Below are positions 46,727 to 56,973 of a stretch of 64,000 nucleotides of DNA, one piece after another. Position numbers and translations under genes: made by a program. Each line of letters opens with the position of its first letter. Position 1 is the first letter of the stretch. The DNA is from Actinomycetes bacterium (GTDB lineage: Bacteria > Actinomycetota > Acidimicrobiia > IMCC26256 > VFJJ01), in NCBI GenBank assembly GCA_031362415.1, contig JANLSK010000312.1:36194-100193 (forward strand), in the 5' to 3' direction. Below the pieces are notes generated by a model. It searched no databases. It was not told the origin of the DNA and saw nothing but the letters and a program-made list of their open reading frames with translations.

Positions 46727-47449
46727 TCAGACGACGCGGCCGATGGCGACGACCGACAGGCCGAAGGGCAGGGAGTGGGCGCGGAGCCAGCGCTGCTCGA
46801 TGCGAGCCATCCGGGGCAGGATCCCGCCCAGGCCGCTCTCGGCCCGATCGAGATCGGAGGCGGTGCGTCCCCGTTCCAGCACCGCCTTGACGGCGGCCGG
46901 GGGCACCAGGAACGAGTACGCGCCGCTCGAGCGAACGACCTCGCAGCCGGCCTGCTCGAGCAGCCCGGCGAGGTCGCCGCGGGAAAACCGCCGTCCCGTA
47001 TGGGTCACCCGGTCGTGGGCTCGCCGGAGCGCCCGTACGCCGGGTTCCATCAGCGCCACCACCCCACCGGGGCGAACCACCCGGGCGAGCTCGCGCGCGG
47101 CCACGACCGGGTCGGGAATGGATCGGTGACACAGCACGGTCACGCACAGCGCGGCGTCGAACACCCCGTCGACGAACGGCAGCCGTTGCACGTCAGCCGC
47201 CGCGAGACCGCAGCCCGGATGGTGCTCGTCGAACAGCTCGAGCGCGAGCGGCTCGAAGTCGAGCGCCACGACCGATCCCCGCTCGGCCATCCAGGCCCCC
47301 GTGGCCCCGGTCCCCGCCCCGGCGTCGAGGAACCGCCCCCCCTCGGGAAGCTCCGGCCCGACGAGCGACCGGAGCAGGTCGCGGGTGGTGCCGTACCACC
47401 AGTGCGACTCCTCCACCGCGGCCATGCGCCGGTACTCGTCACGCTCCAC
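46727..47449 (-). CDS. Class I SAM-dependent methyltransferase
   Basis: EESHWWY, LDAGAGTG, RLPF.DG.FD, LARVVRPGG, HD....H..R.. Confidence 0.9.
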   Translation of the reverse strand: MERDEYRRMAAVEESHWWYGTTRDLLRSLVGPELPEGGRFLDAGAGTGATGAWMAERGSVVALDFEPLALELFDEHHPGCGLAAADVQRLPFVDGVFDAALCVTVLCHRSIPDPVVAARELARVVRPGGVVALMEPGVRALRRAHDRVTHTGRRFSRGDLAGLLEQAGCEVVRSSGAYSFLVPPAAVKAVLERGRTASDLDRAESGLGGILPRMARIEQRWLRAHSLPFGLSVVAIGRVV

Positions 47450-47575
47450 GGAAGCTCCATCTCGGGGCCTGGTGTCGGGGCCTGGTGTCGGGGCTGCTGG
47501 CCCCCGCGAGAGGGGTCTCCCGCCTACGATCGGGACACGTTGTGCCAGCGGCCGTCGGATCCGGGGGGTGAGGTG

Positions 47576-48874
47576 ATGGCGAGCGAGCCTAGGGGGATCA
47601 CCGCGCTCGACTCCGACATGTCCACACCCACAGCGACCGGAGACACGCCCACCGCCGACGAGCTTCCCGACGTCGCAGCAGGAAACGCGGTCGACCCTTC
47701 GATCTCCCCGACGGTACGCGAGTCGATCCGGGTCGCCTGGGTTCCGTGGCTGCTCTCGCGGATCGTGGTCGACGTCGCGATGATCGTCAGCATCTCGCAC
47801 GTCTGGAGCAACTTCGAGCTCCGCTATCGCGGGTTCGTGATCTTCGATTTCGGCTGGTATCACCGCATCGCCGTCGACGGCTACGGCGCGCCCCCGGTGG
47901 GTGACGAGCAGACGCCGTGGCCCTTCTTTCCCCTGTATCCCGGCGTGTTGAAGCTGGGCCGGGCTGCGGGCTTCAACGACCAGATCGTCGCAGTGCTCGT
48001 CAACCACGTCGTGCTGCTGCTCGCGCTCGCCGGGCTGCATCGCATCACCGCCCGCCTCGCCGGGTCCGACGCGGCCCGGTGGGCGGTGTGGGCCCTGGCC
48101 TGCTTCCCGGCCTCGTTCGTGTTCTCGATGGGCTACCCGTCGGCGATCTTCCTGTGCGCGTCGGTGTGGGCGTTCACGCTGGTCGACGAGCGCCGCTTCG
48201 CTGCGGCCGGCTGGTGTGCGGCCGTCGCAGCGCTCATCCGCCCCAACGGGTTCCTCGTGGCCGCCGTGATCGGTCTCGGACTCGTGGCCCGGCCGTGGTC
48301 GACGAGGTGGTCACGCACCGGCCGGGAAGCCACGACCACCCTTGGGACCACGAGCGGGACCACCAGTGTGGCCACGAGTGTGGCCACCCGAGTGACCCTC
48401 CGGTCGACCGTCCGGCCGCTCGTGTTGACGGTCGCGCCCGCGGCCACGGGTGTCGTCGCCTGGCTCGCCTATCTCTGGCACCGCACCGACGATCCGTTCG
48501 TGTTCATCTCGGCCAAAGGGGCGTGGGACGAGATCTCGATCGTGGAGGCGCTCACCAGGGCTTACGCCAAGTTCGTGGGGGCCCACCTCGTGCTGGGCGT
48601 CGCAGCCCTGGGTGTCGTGGCCGTCGCGGCACTCACCCGGCGGGGCCTGCCGTGGCCCTGGATCCTGTTCACGGCGGCGTACCTCCTTCCACCCTTCGCC
48701 GTCGGACTCGTGGGGATGGGCCGCTACTCGAACGAATGCTTCGTCCCGTTCGTTGCCGCGGGTATCTTCATGGCCCGTTGGCGCAGACCTGTCGCGGTGG
48801 CCCTGCTCGTCTGTGGTAGCGCGCTCAGTGCTGTCTACGCTGTGCAGGTCGTCCGCTACCTGTGGACGCCCTGA
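47576..48874 (+). CDS. Polytopic membrane GT-C glycosyltransferase (PIG-V/mannosyltransferase-like)
   Basis: FDFGWYHRIAVDGY, FFPLYP, FPASFVFSMGY, IRPNG, MGRY; many TM segments. Confidence 0.8.
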   Translation: MASEPRGITALDSDMSTPTATGDTPTADELPDVAAGNAVDPSISPTVRESIRVAWVPWLLSRIVVDVAMIVSISHVWSNFELRYRGFVIFDFGWYHRIAVDGYGAPPVGDEQTPWPFFPLYPGVLKLGRAAGFNDQIVAVLVNHVVLLLALAGLHRITARLAGSDAARWAVWALACFPASFVFSMGYPSAIFLCASVWAFTLVDERRFAAAGWCAAVAALIRPNGFLVAAVIGLGLVARPWSTRWSRTGREATTTLGTTSGTTSVATSVATRVTLRSTVRPLVLTVAPAATGVVAWLAYLWHRTDDPFVFISAKGAWDEISIVEALTRAYAKFVGAHLVLGVAALGVVAVAALTRRGLPWPWILFTAAYLLPPFAVGLVGMGRYSNECFVPFVAAGIFMARWRRPVAVALLVCGSALSAVYAVQVVRYLWTP

Positions 48875-48943
48875 CCGTCGAGAGCCGACGGTGAGTGCGT
48901 CGTTCGAAGTTCGCTCGCACCGCTCGGCCCGGGGTGGATATCC

Positions 48944-49942
48944 ATGCTCGAACACGATCTCTCGGCGTTCTCAGGTACACGGTGCGTGGTCACCGGCGGC
49001 TTGGGGTTCATCGGTTCAAACCTGGCTCGCGCCTTGGCGCTGGCAGGCGCCGAGGTCGTCGTCGTCGACGCCCTCGTACCCCAGCACGGCGGAGACCATC
49101 GCAACCTCCAGGGGTGCGATGCCCTCATCGCCGTGGTGCTCTCCGACATCGGCGACGCCCAGGCGGTCGCTCCCGTCGTCGCTCGAGCCGAGTACGTGTT
49201 CAACGTCGCCGGCCAGGTGAGCCATCTCGCGTCGATGGAGGACCCGGTCCGCGACCTCGACCTGAACGCCCGATCGAACCTGGCCTTCCTCGAGACGATG
49301 CGCAAGGTCAACCCCGAGGCCGTGATCGTCCACACGTCCACCCGCCAGGTCTACGGCCGACCCCGGTATCTCCCCGTCGACGAAGAGCACCCCACCACCC
49401 CGGTCGACGTCAACGGCATCAGCAAGCTCGCAGCCGAACAGGCTCACCTCATCTACGCCCGCACGCACGGCTTACGGACGTGCGCCCTTCGGCTCACCAA
49501 CGTGTACGGGCCCCGCCAACGGCTTCGGGGCGACGACAGCGGCTTCCTGCCGTCGTTCCTCCGGCGGGCCCTGCTCGACGAGCCCATCACGCTCTACGGA
49601 GACGGGCTCCAGTTTCGCGACTGCCTCCATGTCGACGACGTCGTCGCCGCCATGACGGCCGCGGCACTGTGCCCCGATGCGGCGGGCGAGGTGCTCAACC
49701 TGGGCCATCCCGAGTATCCCTCGCTGCGCGACATCGCTGCGATCATCATCGAGGCCGCCGGATCCGGATCGCTCGTGACCGTCGACTGGCCTCCTGAACG
49801 AAAGCGCATCGACATCGGGAGCTATCGCGGCGACGCGTCGAAGGCCAAGCGGCTCCTCGACTGGGTGCCCGTGGTGAACCTGGCCGACGGCATGGTCGAC
49901 ACCCTGTCGTACTACCGCCGCCACCTGTCGTGGTACCTGTGA
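48944..49942 (+). CDS. NAD-dependent epimerase/dehydratase
   Basis: TGGLGFIGSNL, STRQVYG, DVNGISK, LRLTNVYGPRQ. Confidence 0.92.
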   Translation: MLEHDLSAFSGTRCVVTGGLGFIGSNLARALALAGAEVVVVDALVPQHGGDHRNLQGCDALIAVVLSDIGDAQAVAPVVARAEYVFNVAGQVSHLASMEDPVRDLDLNARSNLAFLETMRKVNPEAVIVHTSTRQVYGRPRYLPVDEEHPTTPVDVNGISKLAAEQAHLIYARTHGLRTCALRLTNVYGPRQRLRGDDSGFLPSFLRRALLDEPITLYGDGLQFRDCLHVDDVVAAMTAAALCPDAAGEVLNLGHPEYPSLRDIAAIIIEAAGSGSLVTVDWPPERKRIDIGSYRGDASKAKRLLDWVPVVNLADGMVDTLSYYRRHLSWYL

Positions 49943-51039
49943 CGGGCAGCCGCAAACGGACCCCCGTCCCGTTCATCGACCTCACGAGGATCTCAGGAGC
50001 CGAGCGATCGAACATCCATGGTGCCCTCGATCGGGTCCTGTCGTCGGGTCTGATGCTGTTGGGACCCGAGACGCTGGCGTTCGAGAACGAGCTCGCCGCC
50101 CATGTCGGGGCGGCCGGCGCCGTGGCCGTGTCGTCGGGCACCGAGGCGCTGCGCCTCACCATGGCCGGCCTGGGGATCGGTCCGGGCGACGAGGTGATCG
50201 TCCCGGCCATGACCGCCGTGCCCACCGCCGCTGCCGTGGCCGCCGTGGGAGCAATTCCGGTGCCCGCCGATGTCGACGCCGACACGGCCCTGCTCGATCC
50301 GGGTGCGGTCAAGGCGGTGATCGGTGCAGCAACCAAGGCGATCATTCCGGTGCACCTGTACGGCCGCCCGGCCGAGATTGCTCCGTTCCGGGAGCTCGGG
50401 ATCGCCGTGATCGAGGACGCGGCTCAGGCCCATGGAGCCGTGAGCCCGCGATCGGGCTCGACCGCGGTCTGCTACAGCTTCTACCCCACCAAGAACCTCG
50501 GAGGCGTCGGCGACGGCGGAGCCGTGGTGACCGACGACCCGGACCTCACCCGCGAGATCCGCCTGCTCCGCGCCCACGGCGTGAGCGACGGCGGCCAGCC
50601 CTACGATCACGTCCGCGTCGCGACCAACGCCCGAATGTCGGAGCTCGAGGCCGCCGTCCTCCGGGAGCGTCTGGTGGGGCTGGCCCACGAGAACGGGCGC
50701 AGGGGTGAGATCGCGGCTCGCTATCGGGCCGCTGCGCCGGCGCTGTGGTGGCCGCCGGGGCACGACCGCCACGTGAACCATCTCTGCGTTTTTCGCGTCA
50801 CGGACGGACGCAGGGACGAGTTCCGGCACGCCATGTCGCCGAGCTTCGCCACCGCGGTGCACTACCCCCGAGCCCTCACCGAACAGCCTGCCTACCGGCG
50901 ATTCACGCGAGTCGCCTGTCCGAACGCCGAAGCCTGGGCGCGTGAGGTCGTGAGCCTGCCCTGCCACGGTGGCCTGCGCGACGACGAGGTCGACCGGGTG
51001 TGCGAGGCGCTCGCCGGCTGGGCCGCCGGAGCGGCGTGA
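49939..51039 (+). CDS. DegT/DnrJ/EryC1/StrS PLP-dependent sugar aminotransferase
   Basis: SSGTEAL, PVHLYG, EDAAQAHG, SFYPTKNLGG.GDGG. Confidence 0.94.
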   Translation: MTGSRKRTPVPFIDLTRISGAERSNIHGALDRVLSSGLMLLGPETLAFENELAAHVGAAGAVAVSSGTEALRLTMAGLGIGPGDEVIVPAMTAVPTAAAVAAVGAIPVPADVDADTALLDPGAVKAVIGAATKAIIPVHLYGRPAEIAPFRELGIAVIEDAAQAHGAVSPRSGSTAVCYSFYPTKNLGGVGDGGAVVTDDPDLTREIRLLRAHGVSDGGQPYDHVRVATNARMSELEAAVLRERLVGLAHENGRRGEIAARYRAAAPALWWPPGHDRHVNHLCVFRVTDGRRDEFRHAMSPSFATAVHYPRALTEQPAYRRFTRVACPNAEAWAREVVSLPCHGGLRDDEVDRVCEALAGWAAGAA

Positions 51040-51791
51040 TGTCGATGAATCCGGCGGTTCGATCGGTCACCGCGTTCTTTCCCTGCTTCAACGACGCGCC
51101 GAGCATCGGCGGCCTCGTGGAAGCGGTGCACGAGACGCTGAGCGGCCTGGTCGAGCGCTTCGACGTCGTCGTCGTCGACGATGGCTCCAGTGACGACTCG
51201 CTCGCGATCCTCAGGGAGGTGGCGGGCCGGCTTCCCGACGTCCGCATCGTCGTCCATCCCCGAAACCGTGGCTACGGCGGAGCGCTCAAGTCAGGGTTCG
51301 CCGCAGCCCGACACGACTGGGTCTTCTACACCGACGGCGACGGCCAGTACGACCCTCGTGAGCTGAAGTCGCTCATCGAGGCCGCGGGCGACGACGTCGA
51401 CGTGGTCCAGGGGTGGAAGCTCCGTCGGGGCGACGGGGCGATCAGGACCGTGATCGGCCGGATCTGGCATCGCACCGTGGCGATCCTGTTCGGCATCGGG
51501 GTGCGCGACACCGACTGCGACTTCCGGCTGATCCGCCGCTCGGTGATCGAGCGCATCCCCCTGGAGGTCGACAGCGGCGTGTTCCCGGTGGAGCTCGTCA
51601 CCCGTCTCCAGGCCACCGGAGCCCGGTTCGTCGAGCTCCCCGTCAGCCACTACCCGCGGGCGCATGGCCGGTCCCAGTTCTTCCGAGCCGGACGCATCGC
51701 GCGAACGCTGCGCGACCTCGCCGTGTTGTGGTGGAAGCTGGTGGTGCGCCACCAGCGGGCCCAGGTCCGTGGGGACAGCTCGGCCCCCTGA
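51039..51791 (+). CDS. Glycosyltransferase family 2 (polyprenol-phosphate/DPM1/ArnC-like)
   Basis: FPCFND, VVDDGSSD, NRGYGGALKSG, TDGDGQYDP, DTDCDFRL. Confidence 0.92.
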   Translation: MSMNPAVRSVTAFFPCFNDAPSIGGLVEAVHETLSGLVERFDVVVVDDGSSDDSLAILREVAGRLPDVRIVVHPRNRGYGGALKSGFAAARHDWVFYTDGDGQYDPRELKSLIEAAGDDVDVVQGWKLRRGDGAIRTVIGRIWHRTVAILFGIGVRDTDCDFRLIRRSVIERIPLEVDSGVFPVELVTRLQATGARFVELPVSHYPRAHGRSQFFRAGRIARTLRDLAVLWWKLVVRHQRAQVRGDSSAP

Positions 51792-51855
51792 CGGCGGCGC
51801 GCCGGACACCCGCGACCGGCGAGCCGCCGGTCGCGGGTGGTGGTCGCGGCTGGCG

Positions 51856-52068
51856 CTAGTCGCGGTCGAATTCGTCGAGGAGCTTGCGAACCTCGGACTC
51901 GGGGAAGCGTCGGTGTCCGCCGAACGTGCGGCGCGAGGCCAGACGGCCTGCGTCGGCCCACCGGCTCACCGTCTTGGGGTTGACCCGGAACATCCGCGCC
52001 ACTTCCCCAGGCGTCAACCAGCGCTCGTTCGAACGGGTGCTCGACCTGCCCTGCTCTTGATCGTTCAT
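51856..52068 (-). CDS. bldC: BldC family (MerR-like HTH) regulator
   Basis: LTPGEVARMFRVNPKTVSRWADAGRL.S.RT.GGHRRF, close to Streptomyces BldC. Confidence 0.85.
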   Translation of the reverse strand: MNDQEQGRSSTRSNERWLTPGEVARMFRVNPKTVSRWADAGRLASRRTFGGHRRFPESEVRKLLDEFDRD

Positions 52069-52387
52069 CTCAGTGACCTCGCGTTCTCGGACCGTCAGAT
52101 CATCGACCGGATCGCCGCCATTTCTGAACCGTGACGGCTTCGATTCCACCATTGACTGCAGCGCTCAAACGTCTGCCGTGCGTTCCCAAAGATTCTGGTT
52201 CTCGTTCATGAAGCAGACATGAAGAGTCGGACGTTTCCGACAGTGACCTCTCGGGGTCCACCCACCCGCGTTCGCTCCCCACTGTAGGCCGAGCCGCTGC
52301 AGAAAAGGTCGTCGACATGCGGCGCAGTGCGAACGGCGCACGACGACAGTGGGCCGGCGACTCCCGCAGCGCCTGCCGCCGGCACGC

Positions 52388-53176
52388 TCACACCGCCAGG
52401 AACTCGGCGATCACCGGCCAGGCCGTGGGGTCCTGGAGCATGAAGACGTGTCCCCCGTCGAAGAGCTCGAGCCGCGAACCGGAGATCTGGCGCGCCATCG
52501 CCTCCTGGTTGACGAGCGGTGCGATGCCGTCGTAGCGGCCGGCGGCGATCAGGACGGGCATGGTGAGTCGGGGAAGCCGGTCGAACGTGTCGTGGTGCAA
52601 CCGGGCCGCGAGCTGGAGCTTCATCCCCTGCTCCTGACGGGGATCGGGGGCCGCGGCCGCCGAGGCGGCCATCATCTGCATGATTGAACGGTACGCCTCG
52701 CCGGCGTCATCACCGCGCGTGTCGATGAGCGTGCGGTTGGCCTGCTCCCGCTCATCGCGGGGCAGCTCCCAGAGCTCGTGGAGCGGGTAGCTCGATCCTC
52801 CGGCGCCCCCGGGTGACGTGCAGGCGAGCACGAGACGTTCGACGCGCTCGGGCCAGGTGACCGCCAGCTCCTGGGCCACCATGCCCCCGAACGAGACGCC
52901 GATCACCCGGCACGTGTCCCAGCCGAGGTGCTCGAGCAGCCCGGCGGCATCGGCGGCGTAGTCGGCCATGGTGGGCGGACGATCACCCCAGCCCGTCTGT
53001 CCGAGGCAGCGCTGGTCGTAGAGTGCGAGGTCGCAGTTCTCGACGAGCGGTCCGGCCAGGAAGCGCATCGTCCGCAGGTCACCACCGCTGCCGTTCACGA
53101 ACAGCACCCGCGGCGCGCCCGGGAGCCCGACCCGCTCGTGGTAGATCTCGATCCCGTTGACCGTGGCCATGGGCAT
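52388..53176 (-). CDS. Alpha/beta hydrolase
   Basis: GVSFGG nucleophile elbow, GRYDGIAP, GGH. Confidence 0.92.
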   Translation of the reverse strand: MPMATVNGIEIYHERVGLPGAPRVLFVNGSGGDLRTMRFLAGPLVENCDLALYDQRCLGQTGWGDRPPTMADYAADAAGLLEHLGWDTCRVIGVSFGGMVAQELAVTWPERVERLVLACTSPGGAGGSSYPLHELWELPRDEREQANRTLIDTRGDDAGEAYRSIMQMMAASAAAAPDPRQEQGMKLQLAARLHHDTFDRLPRLTMPVLIAAGRYDGIAPLVNQEAMARQISGSRLELFDGGHVFMLQDPTAWPVIAEFLAV

Positions 53177-53188
53177 GGCTGCGCTCCC

Positions 53189-54052
53189 TCAGGTGGGTGT
53201 GGACGGATCGGGTACCGGCACGGCGAGCGGGAGTCCATCGGGACCCCGTCCTTCGTACAGGCGTTGGACGTATCCCCGCAGGTGACCGTCGCGATCGGTC
53301 GAGCGGTCGGCGAGCATGGCGGCGTCCTCGTCATGGGTGACGATGAGGAACCGCTCCTCCTCGATGGCCACGGCCACCATCTCACCCACGGCTTCGGGCT
53401 CGACGGCTCGTGACATGTGGGCGGGGAAGTTGGTCCAGGCCGGGTCGGTGATGCCGGCGAACCGGGCCGTCTCGCCCAGGTTCGTGGCCACCAGCCCCGG
53501 GCACAGACACGACACGCCGACGCCCTTGGGCACCAGGTGGAGATACAGGCCCTCCGACAGGCCCACGACGGCGTGCTTCGACGTGATGTACGGGATGGCG
53601 TCGTAGCTGTAGGCGTACAGACCAGCGACCGAGGCCGTGTTCACCACCCAGCCCGAGCCCTGGTCGATCAGGTGGGGCACGAAGGCCCGGATGCCCCGGA
53701 CGACGCTGAACGTGTTCACCTCGAGCTGCCACCGCCACATGTCCATGGGGACCTGCTCGGGCGGGCCGAGCACCGACGCCCCGGCGTTGTTCATCACGAC
53801 ATCGACCCGGCCCATCTCGGCGATCGTCCGGGCTGCCAGCGCGTCGACGTCGTCGTCGGACGTGACATCGCAGCGCACGCCGATCGCCTTGGCCCCCATG
53901 GCCTCCAGCTCGGCGACGACGGCCGCCGTGCGCTGCTCGTGGATGTCGGCGATCACCACGGCTGCGCCGCGACGGGCGAACGCCAGGGCCGAGCCCCGTC
54001 CGATGCCCGAAGCGCCACCGGTGACGACGGCGACCGTTCCTGCGAGATCCAT
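53189..54052 (-). CDS. SDR family oxidoreductase
   Basis: TGGASGIG, NNAG, NTASVAG, YITSK. Confidence 0.93.
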   Translation of the reverse strand: MDLAGTVAVVTGGASGIGRGSALAFARRGAAVVIADIHEQRTAAVVAELEAMGAKAIGVRCDVTSDDDVDALAARTIAEMGRVDVVMNNAGASVLGPPEQVPMDMWRWQLEVNTFSVVRGIRAFVPHLIDQGSGWVVNTASVAGLYAYSYDAIPYITSKHAVVGLSEGLYLHLVPKGVGVSCLCPGLVATNLGETARFAGITDPAWTNFPAHMSRAVEPEAVGEMVAVAIEEERFLIVTHDEDAAMLADRSTDRDGHLRGYVQRLYEGRGPDGLPLAVPVPDPSTPT

Positions 54053-54195
54053 ACGGGTGCTCCCGGTGATAGTGGCGATGGAGGCGGGTGGCCGCGTGGC
54101 GCAGCGTCCCGCCAGGCCGTCGGATGACGCCCGACGGTAGCCGGCCCGTATCCTGCGGGGCCTCGAACCTCAACCCCGCCGCGGAGGCCCCCGCC

Positions 54196-55785
54196 ATGGC
54201 CGAACCCCTCTACGACGCGCGCACCTTCTGGGAGATGCTCGATCGCCGGGCTGCACTGTCGCCCGAGCAGCCGTTCCTGATCGACGACACCGACCGGCGG
54301 GTTACGTTCACGGCGTTCACGGCCTGGGCCGAGCGGGTGGCGGCTGGTCTGCACGACCGAGGGGTCACCGAGGGGACAGTCGTCACCTGGCAGCTCCCCA
54401 CGCGCATCGAGACCATCGTGGCTTCCTTCGCGCTCTCGCGTCTCGGCGCGGTGCAGAATCCGATTCTCCCGATCTATCGGGAGCGCGAGGTCGGCTTCGC
54501 CTTGCGGCAGTTGGGCGCGGCCGTGGTGCTGATACCGGGGACCTGGCGGGGCTTCGACTACCGGGCCATGGTCGATGCCCTCGTCGACCGTCTCGTCGCC
54601 GACGACCGCCCGCGCCCGATCGTCCTCGACTGCTACGACACACTTCCCGAGGGCGATCCGGCCACCCTGCCCCCGCCGCCCGTGGCAGCGGCCACGCCCG
54701 AGTCGGCGCCGATCCGGTGGGTCTATTACACCTCGGGCACGACGGCCGACCCCAAGGGCGTGCAGCACACCGACGAGACGCTCATCGCGGGCGGGGTCGG
54801 GCTGGCCATGGCCATGGAGGCGTCGCCGAGCGACGTGGGCTCGATCGCCTTTCCCTACACGCACATCGGCGGCCCTGACTACATCGTGAGCTGCGTGACC
54901 CAGGGCTTTCCGGCCGTGGTGCTGGAGACGTTCACACCCGCAGCGGCCGTGGAGACCTTCCGCCGCCACGGGGTCACCATGGCGGGCGGCGGTACGGCGT
55001 TCTACCTGGCGTACCTGAACGAGCAACGCAAGCAGCCCGGCGACAAGCTCATCCCGAGCCTGCGGCTGCTCTCGGGCGGGGGCGCACCCAAGCCGCCCGA
55101 GATCTTCTGGGAAGTCATGAACGAGCTCCAGTGCCGCGGCGCGGTGCACGGCTACGGCATGACCGAGTGCCCGATGATCGCTCAGGGTTCGCCGAGCGAC
55201 ACCGACGAGCAGCTGGCCCACTCCGACGGCGCTCCCGTGCACGGCTGCGAGGTCACCATCGTCACGAGCGACGGGAGCATCGCCGGACCGAACGAGGTGG
55301 GCGAGGTGCGCCTCGCCGGACCCATGGTGTTCAAGGGCTACACCGATCCGGCGCTGAACGCCGACGCCTTCGACGAGCAGGGCCGGTTCCGCACCGGCGA
55401 TCTCGGACTCGTGCGCCCCGACGGCCACGTGAGCCTCACCGGGCGCATCAAGGACGTGATCATCCGCAAGGGCGAGAACGTCTCGGCCAAGGAGATCGAA
55501 GACATCCTGTACACGCATCCGTCGGTCGGCGACTGTGCGGTGATCGGCCTGCCCGACCGCGAGCGCGGTGAGCGGGTGTGCGCGGTGGTCGAGACCGCTC
55601 CGGGCGCCGAGCCGCTCACCTTCGCCGCCCTGGTCGAATGGTGCCGCCAGGCGGGACTGATGGTGCAGAAGATCCCCGAGCAGCTCGAGGTGCGCGAGAC
55701 CCTGCCCCGCAACGCAACGTTCAAGATCCTCAAGTACCAGTTGCGTTCCGAGCTCGAGCACCAGGCGTGGACGCCATCGGGTTGA
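54196..55785 (+). CDS. Acyl-CoA synthetase (cyclohexanecarboxylate-CoA ligase-like)
   Basis: YYTSGTTADPKG, GYGMTE, FRTGDLG, GRIKDVIIRKGEN, QKIPEQL. Confidence 0.92.
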   Translation: MAEPLYDARTFWEMLDRRAALSPEQPFLIDDTDRRVTFTAFTAWAERVAAGLHDRGVTEGTVVTWQLPTRIETIVASFALSRLGAVQNPILPIYREREVGFALRQLGAAVVLIPGTWRGFDYRAMVDALVDRLVADDRPRPIVLDCYDTLPEGDPATLPPPPVAAATPESAPIRWVYYTSGTTADPKGVQHTDETLIAGGVGLAMAMEASPSDVGSIAFPYTHIGGPDYIVSCVTQGFPAVVLETFTPAAAVETFRRHGVTMAGGGTAFYLAYLNEQRKQPGDKLIPSLRLLSGGGAPKPPEIFWEVMNELQCRGAVHGYGMTECPMIAQGSPSDTDEQLAHSDGAPVHGCEVTIVTSDGSIAGPNEVGEVRLAGPMVFKGYTDPALNADAFDEQGRFRTGDLGLVRPDGHVSLTGRIKDVIIRKGENVSAKEIEDILYTHPSVGDCAVIGLPDRERGERVCAVVETAPGAEPLTFAALVEWCRQAGLMVQKIPEQLEVRETLPRNATFKILKYQLRSELEHQAWTPSG

Positions 55786-55842
55786 CGGGTGCCTCGGCGA
55801 CACGCTCCGGACGCTGCAGCCGCGGCCGCGTGCCGGCGACGA

Positions 55843-56973
55843 TCAGCGCATCGTGGGCGCGTAGGGCGACTGCTCGATGTCGTCACGGGTGAGCGCGGCG
55901 ACGGAGGGACGGCCGACGAGCGCCAGTGCGGCGTGGATCTCGCTGCGGAGGATCTCCAACACCCGGGCCACACCGTCGGCTCCATCGGCCGCGAGACCCC
56001 ACACCGCGGGACGGCCGACGGCCACGACCGAGGCCCCGAGCGCCAAGGCCTTGAGGACGTCCGGCCCCCGCCGCACACCGCCGTCGAGCCCCACCGGAAT
56101 GTCATGGCCCACCTCGGCCGCGATCGCAGGGAGCGCGTCGAGTGCCGCCGGAGCACCGTCGAGCTGACGCCCGCCGTGGTTCGAGACGAACACCGATGCG
56201 GCTCCGCACTCGACGGCCGTCCGGGCATCCTCGGGGTGCAGGATCCCCTTGGCGATCCAAGGCAGGCCGATGGCCGTGGTGACCCGCTCGATGTCGGTCC
56301 AGGTCCAGCCCGGACCCTGGAAGGCCATCCGGGCTGCAAGCTCGGCGGCGGTGTAGTTCCCCTGCGACACCACGGGATCGGGGGCGAACCGGTGCTCGGC
56401 CGGGGCGTCGCGCCAGCCGGCCTGATCGACGTCGAGCGTCATCACCAGCGCGCTGAAACCGGCCCCAGCCGCACGACGCCCGAGATCGACGACCGTGTCG
56501 GGACGGCCGAGCGACGAGACCTGGAGATACCGGGCCCCATCGGGCGCCGCGGCCCGGGGAACGCTGAAGGCCAAGGCGGCGTTGGAGCTGAGGATCGCCG
56601 CGGTGCCGGCCCGGGATGCACCGCGCACCACCGCGCACTGGCCGTCGGGATGGAAGACGGTGTCGAAGCCGAACGGCGCCACCAGCACCGGAAAAGCCAG
56701 GTGCTCGCCGAGGAACGCGCACGACAGGTCGGGATCGGCATGGCCCGTTCCCACCCGGGGCCGGAACTGCCACCGGTCGAACGCCGCCCGGTTGGCCCGC
56801 ACCGTCCACTGCTCGCCCGAGCCTGCTTCAAGGTACGCCCAGGCCGCATCGGGGAGGCCCCTCCGAGCCGAGCGCTCGATCTCGGCCAGCGTCGCGAAGC
56901 GCTCGGCCGATCCCCAGGTGGTGACCCGGGGCCCGGGGGGCTCGGGGCCGGCGTTGCCTGCGGGCGGCGTCAT
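55843..56973 (-). CDS. FMN-dependent alpha-hydroxy acid oxidase/dehydrogenase
   Basis: NRAAFDRW..RPRV, KGIL, VSNHGGRQLDG, DGGVRRG.DVLKALALGA. Confidence 0.92.
   Translation of the reverse strand: MTPPAGNAGPEPPGPRVTTWGSAERFATLAEIERSARRGLPDAAWAYLEAGSGEQWTVRANRAAFDRWQFRPRVGTGHADPDLSCAFLGEHLAFPVLVAPFGFDTVFHPDGQCAVVRGASRAGTAAILSSNAALAFSVPRAAAPDGARYLQVSSLGRPDTVVDLGRRAAGAGFSALVMTLDVDQAGWRDAPAEHRFAPDPVVSQGNYTAAELAARMAFQGPGWTWTDIERVTTAIGLPWIAKGILHPEDARTAVECGAASVFVSNHGGRQLDGAPAALDALPAIAAEVGHDIPVGLDGGVRRGPDVLKALALGASVVAVGRPAVWGLAADGADGVARVLEILRSEIHAALALVGRPSVAALTRDDIEQSPYAPTMR

Noticed and set aside
55843-56973. mftD (pre-mycofactocin synthase)
   Set aside because: Generic alpha-hydroxy acid oxidase motifs, no mft neighbours, and coupled to a D-2-hydroxyacid dehydrogenase instead.
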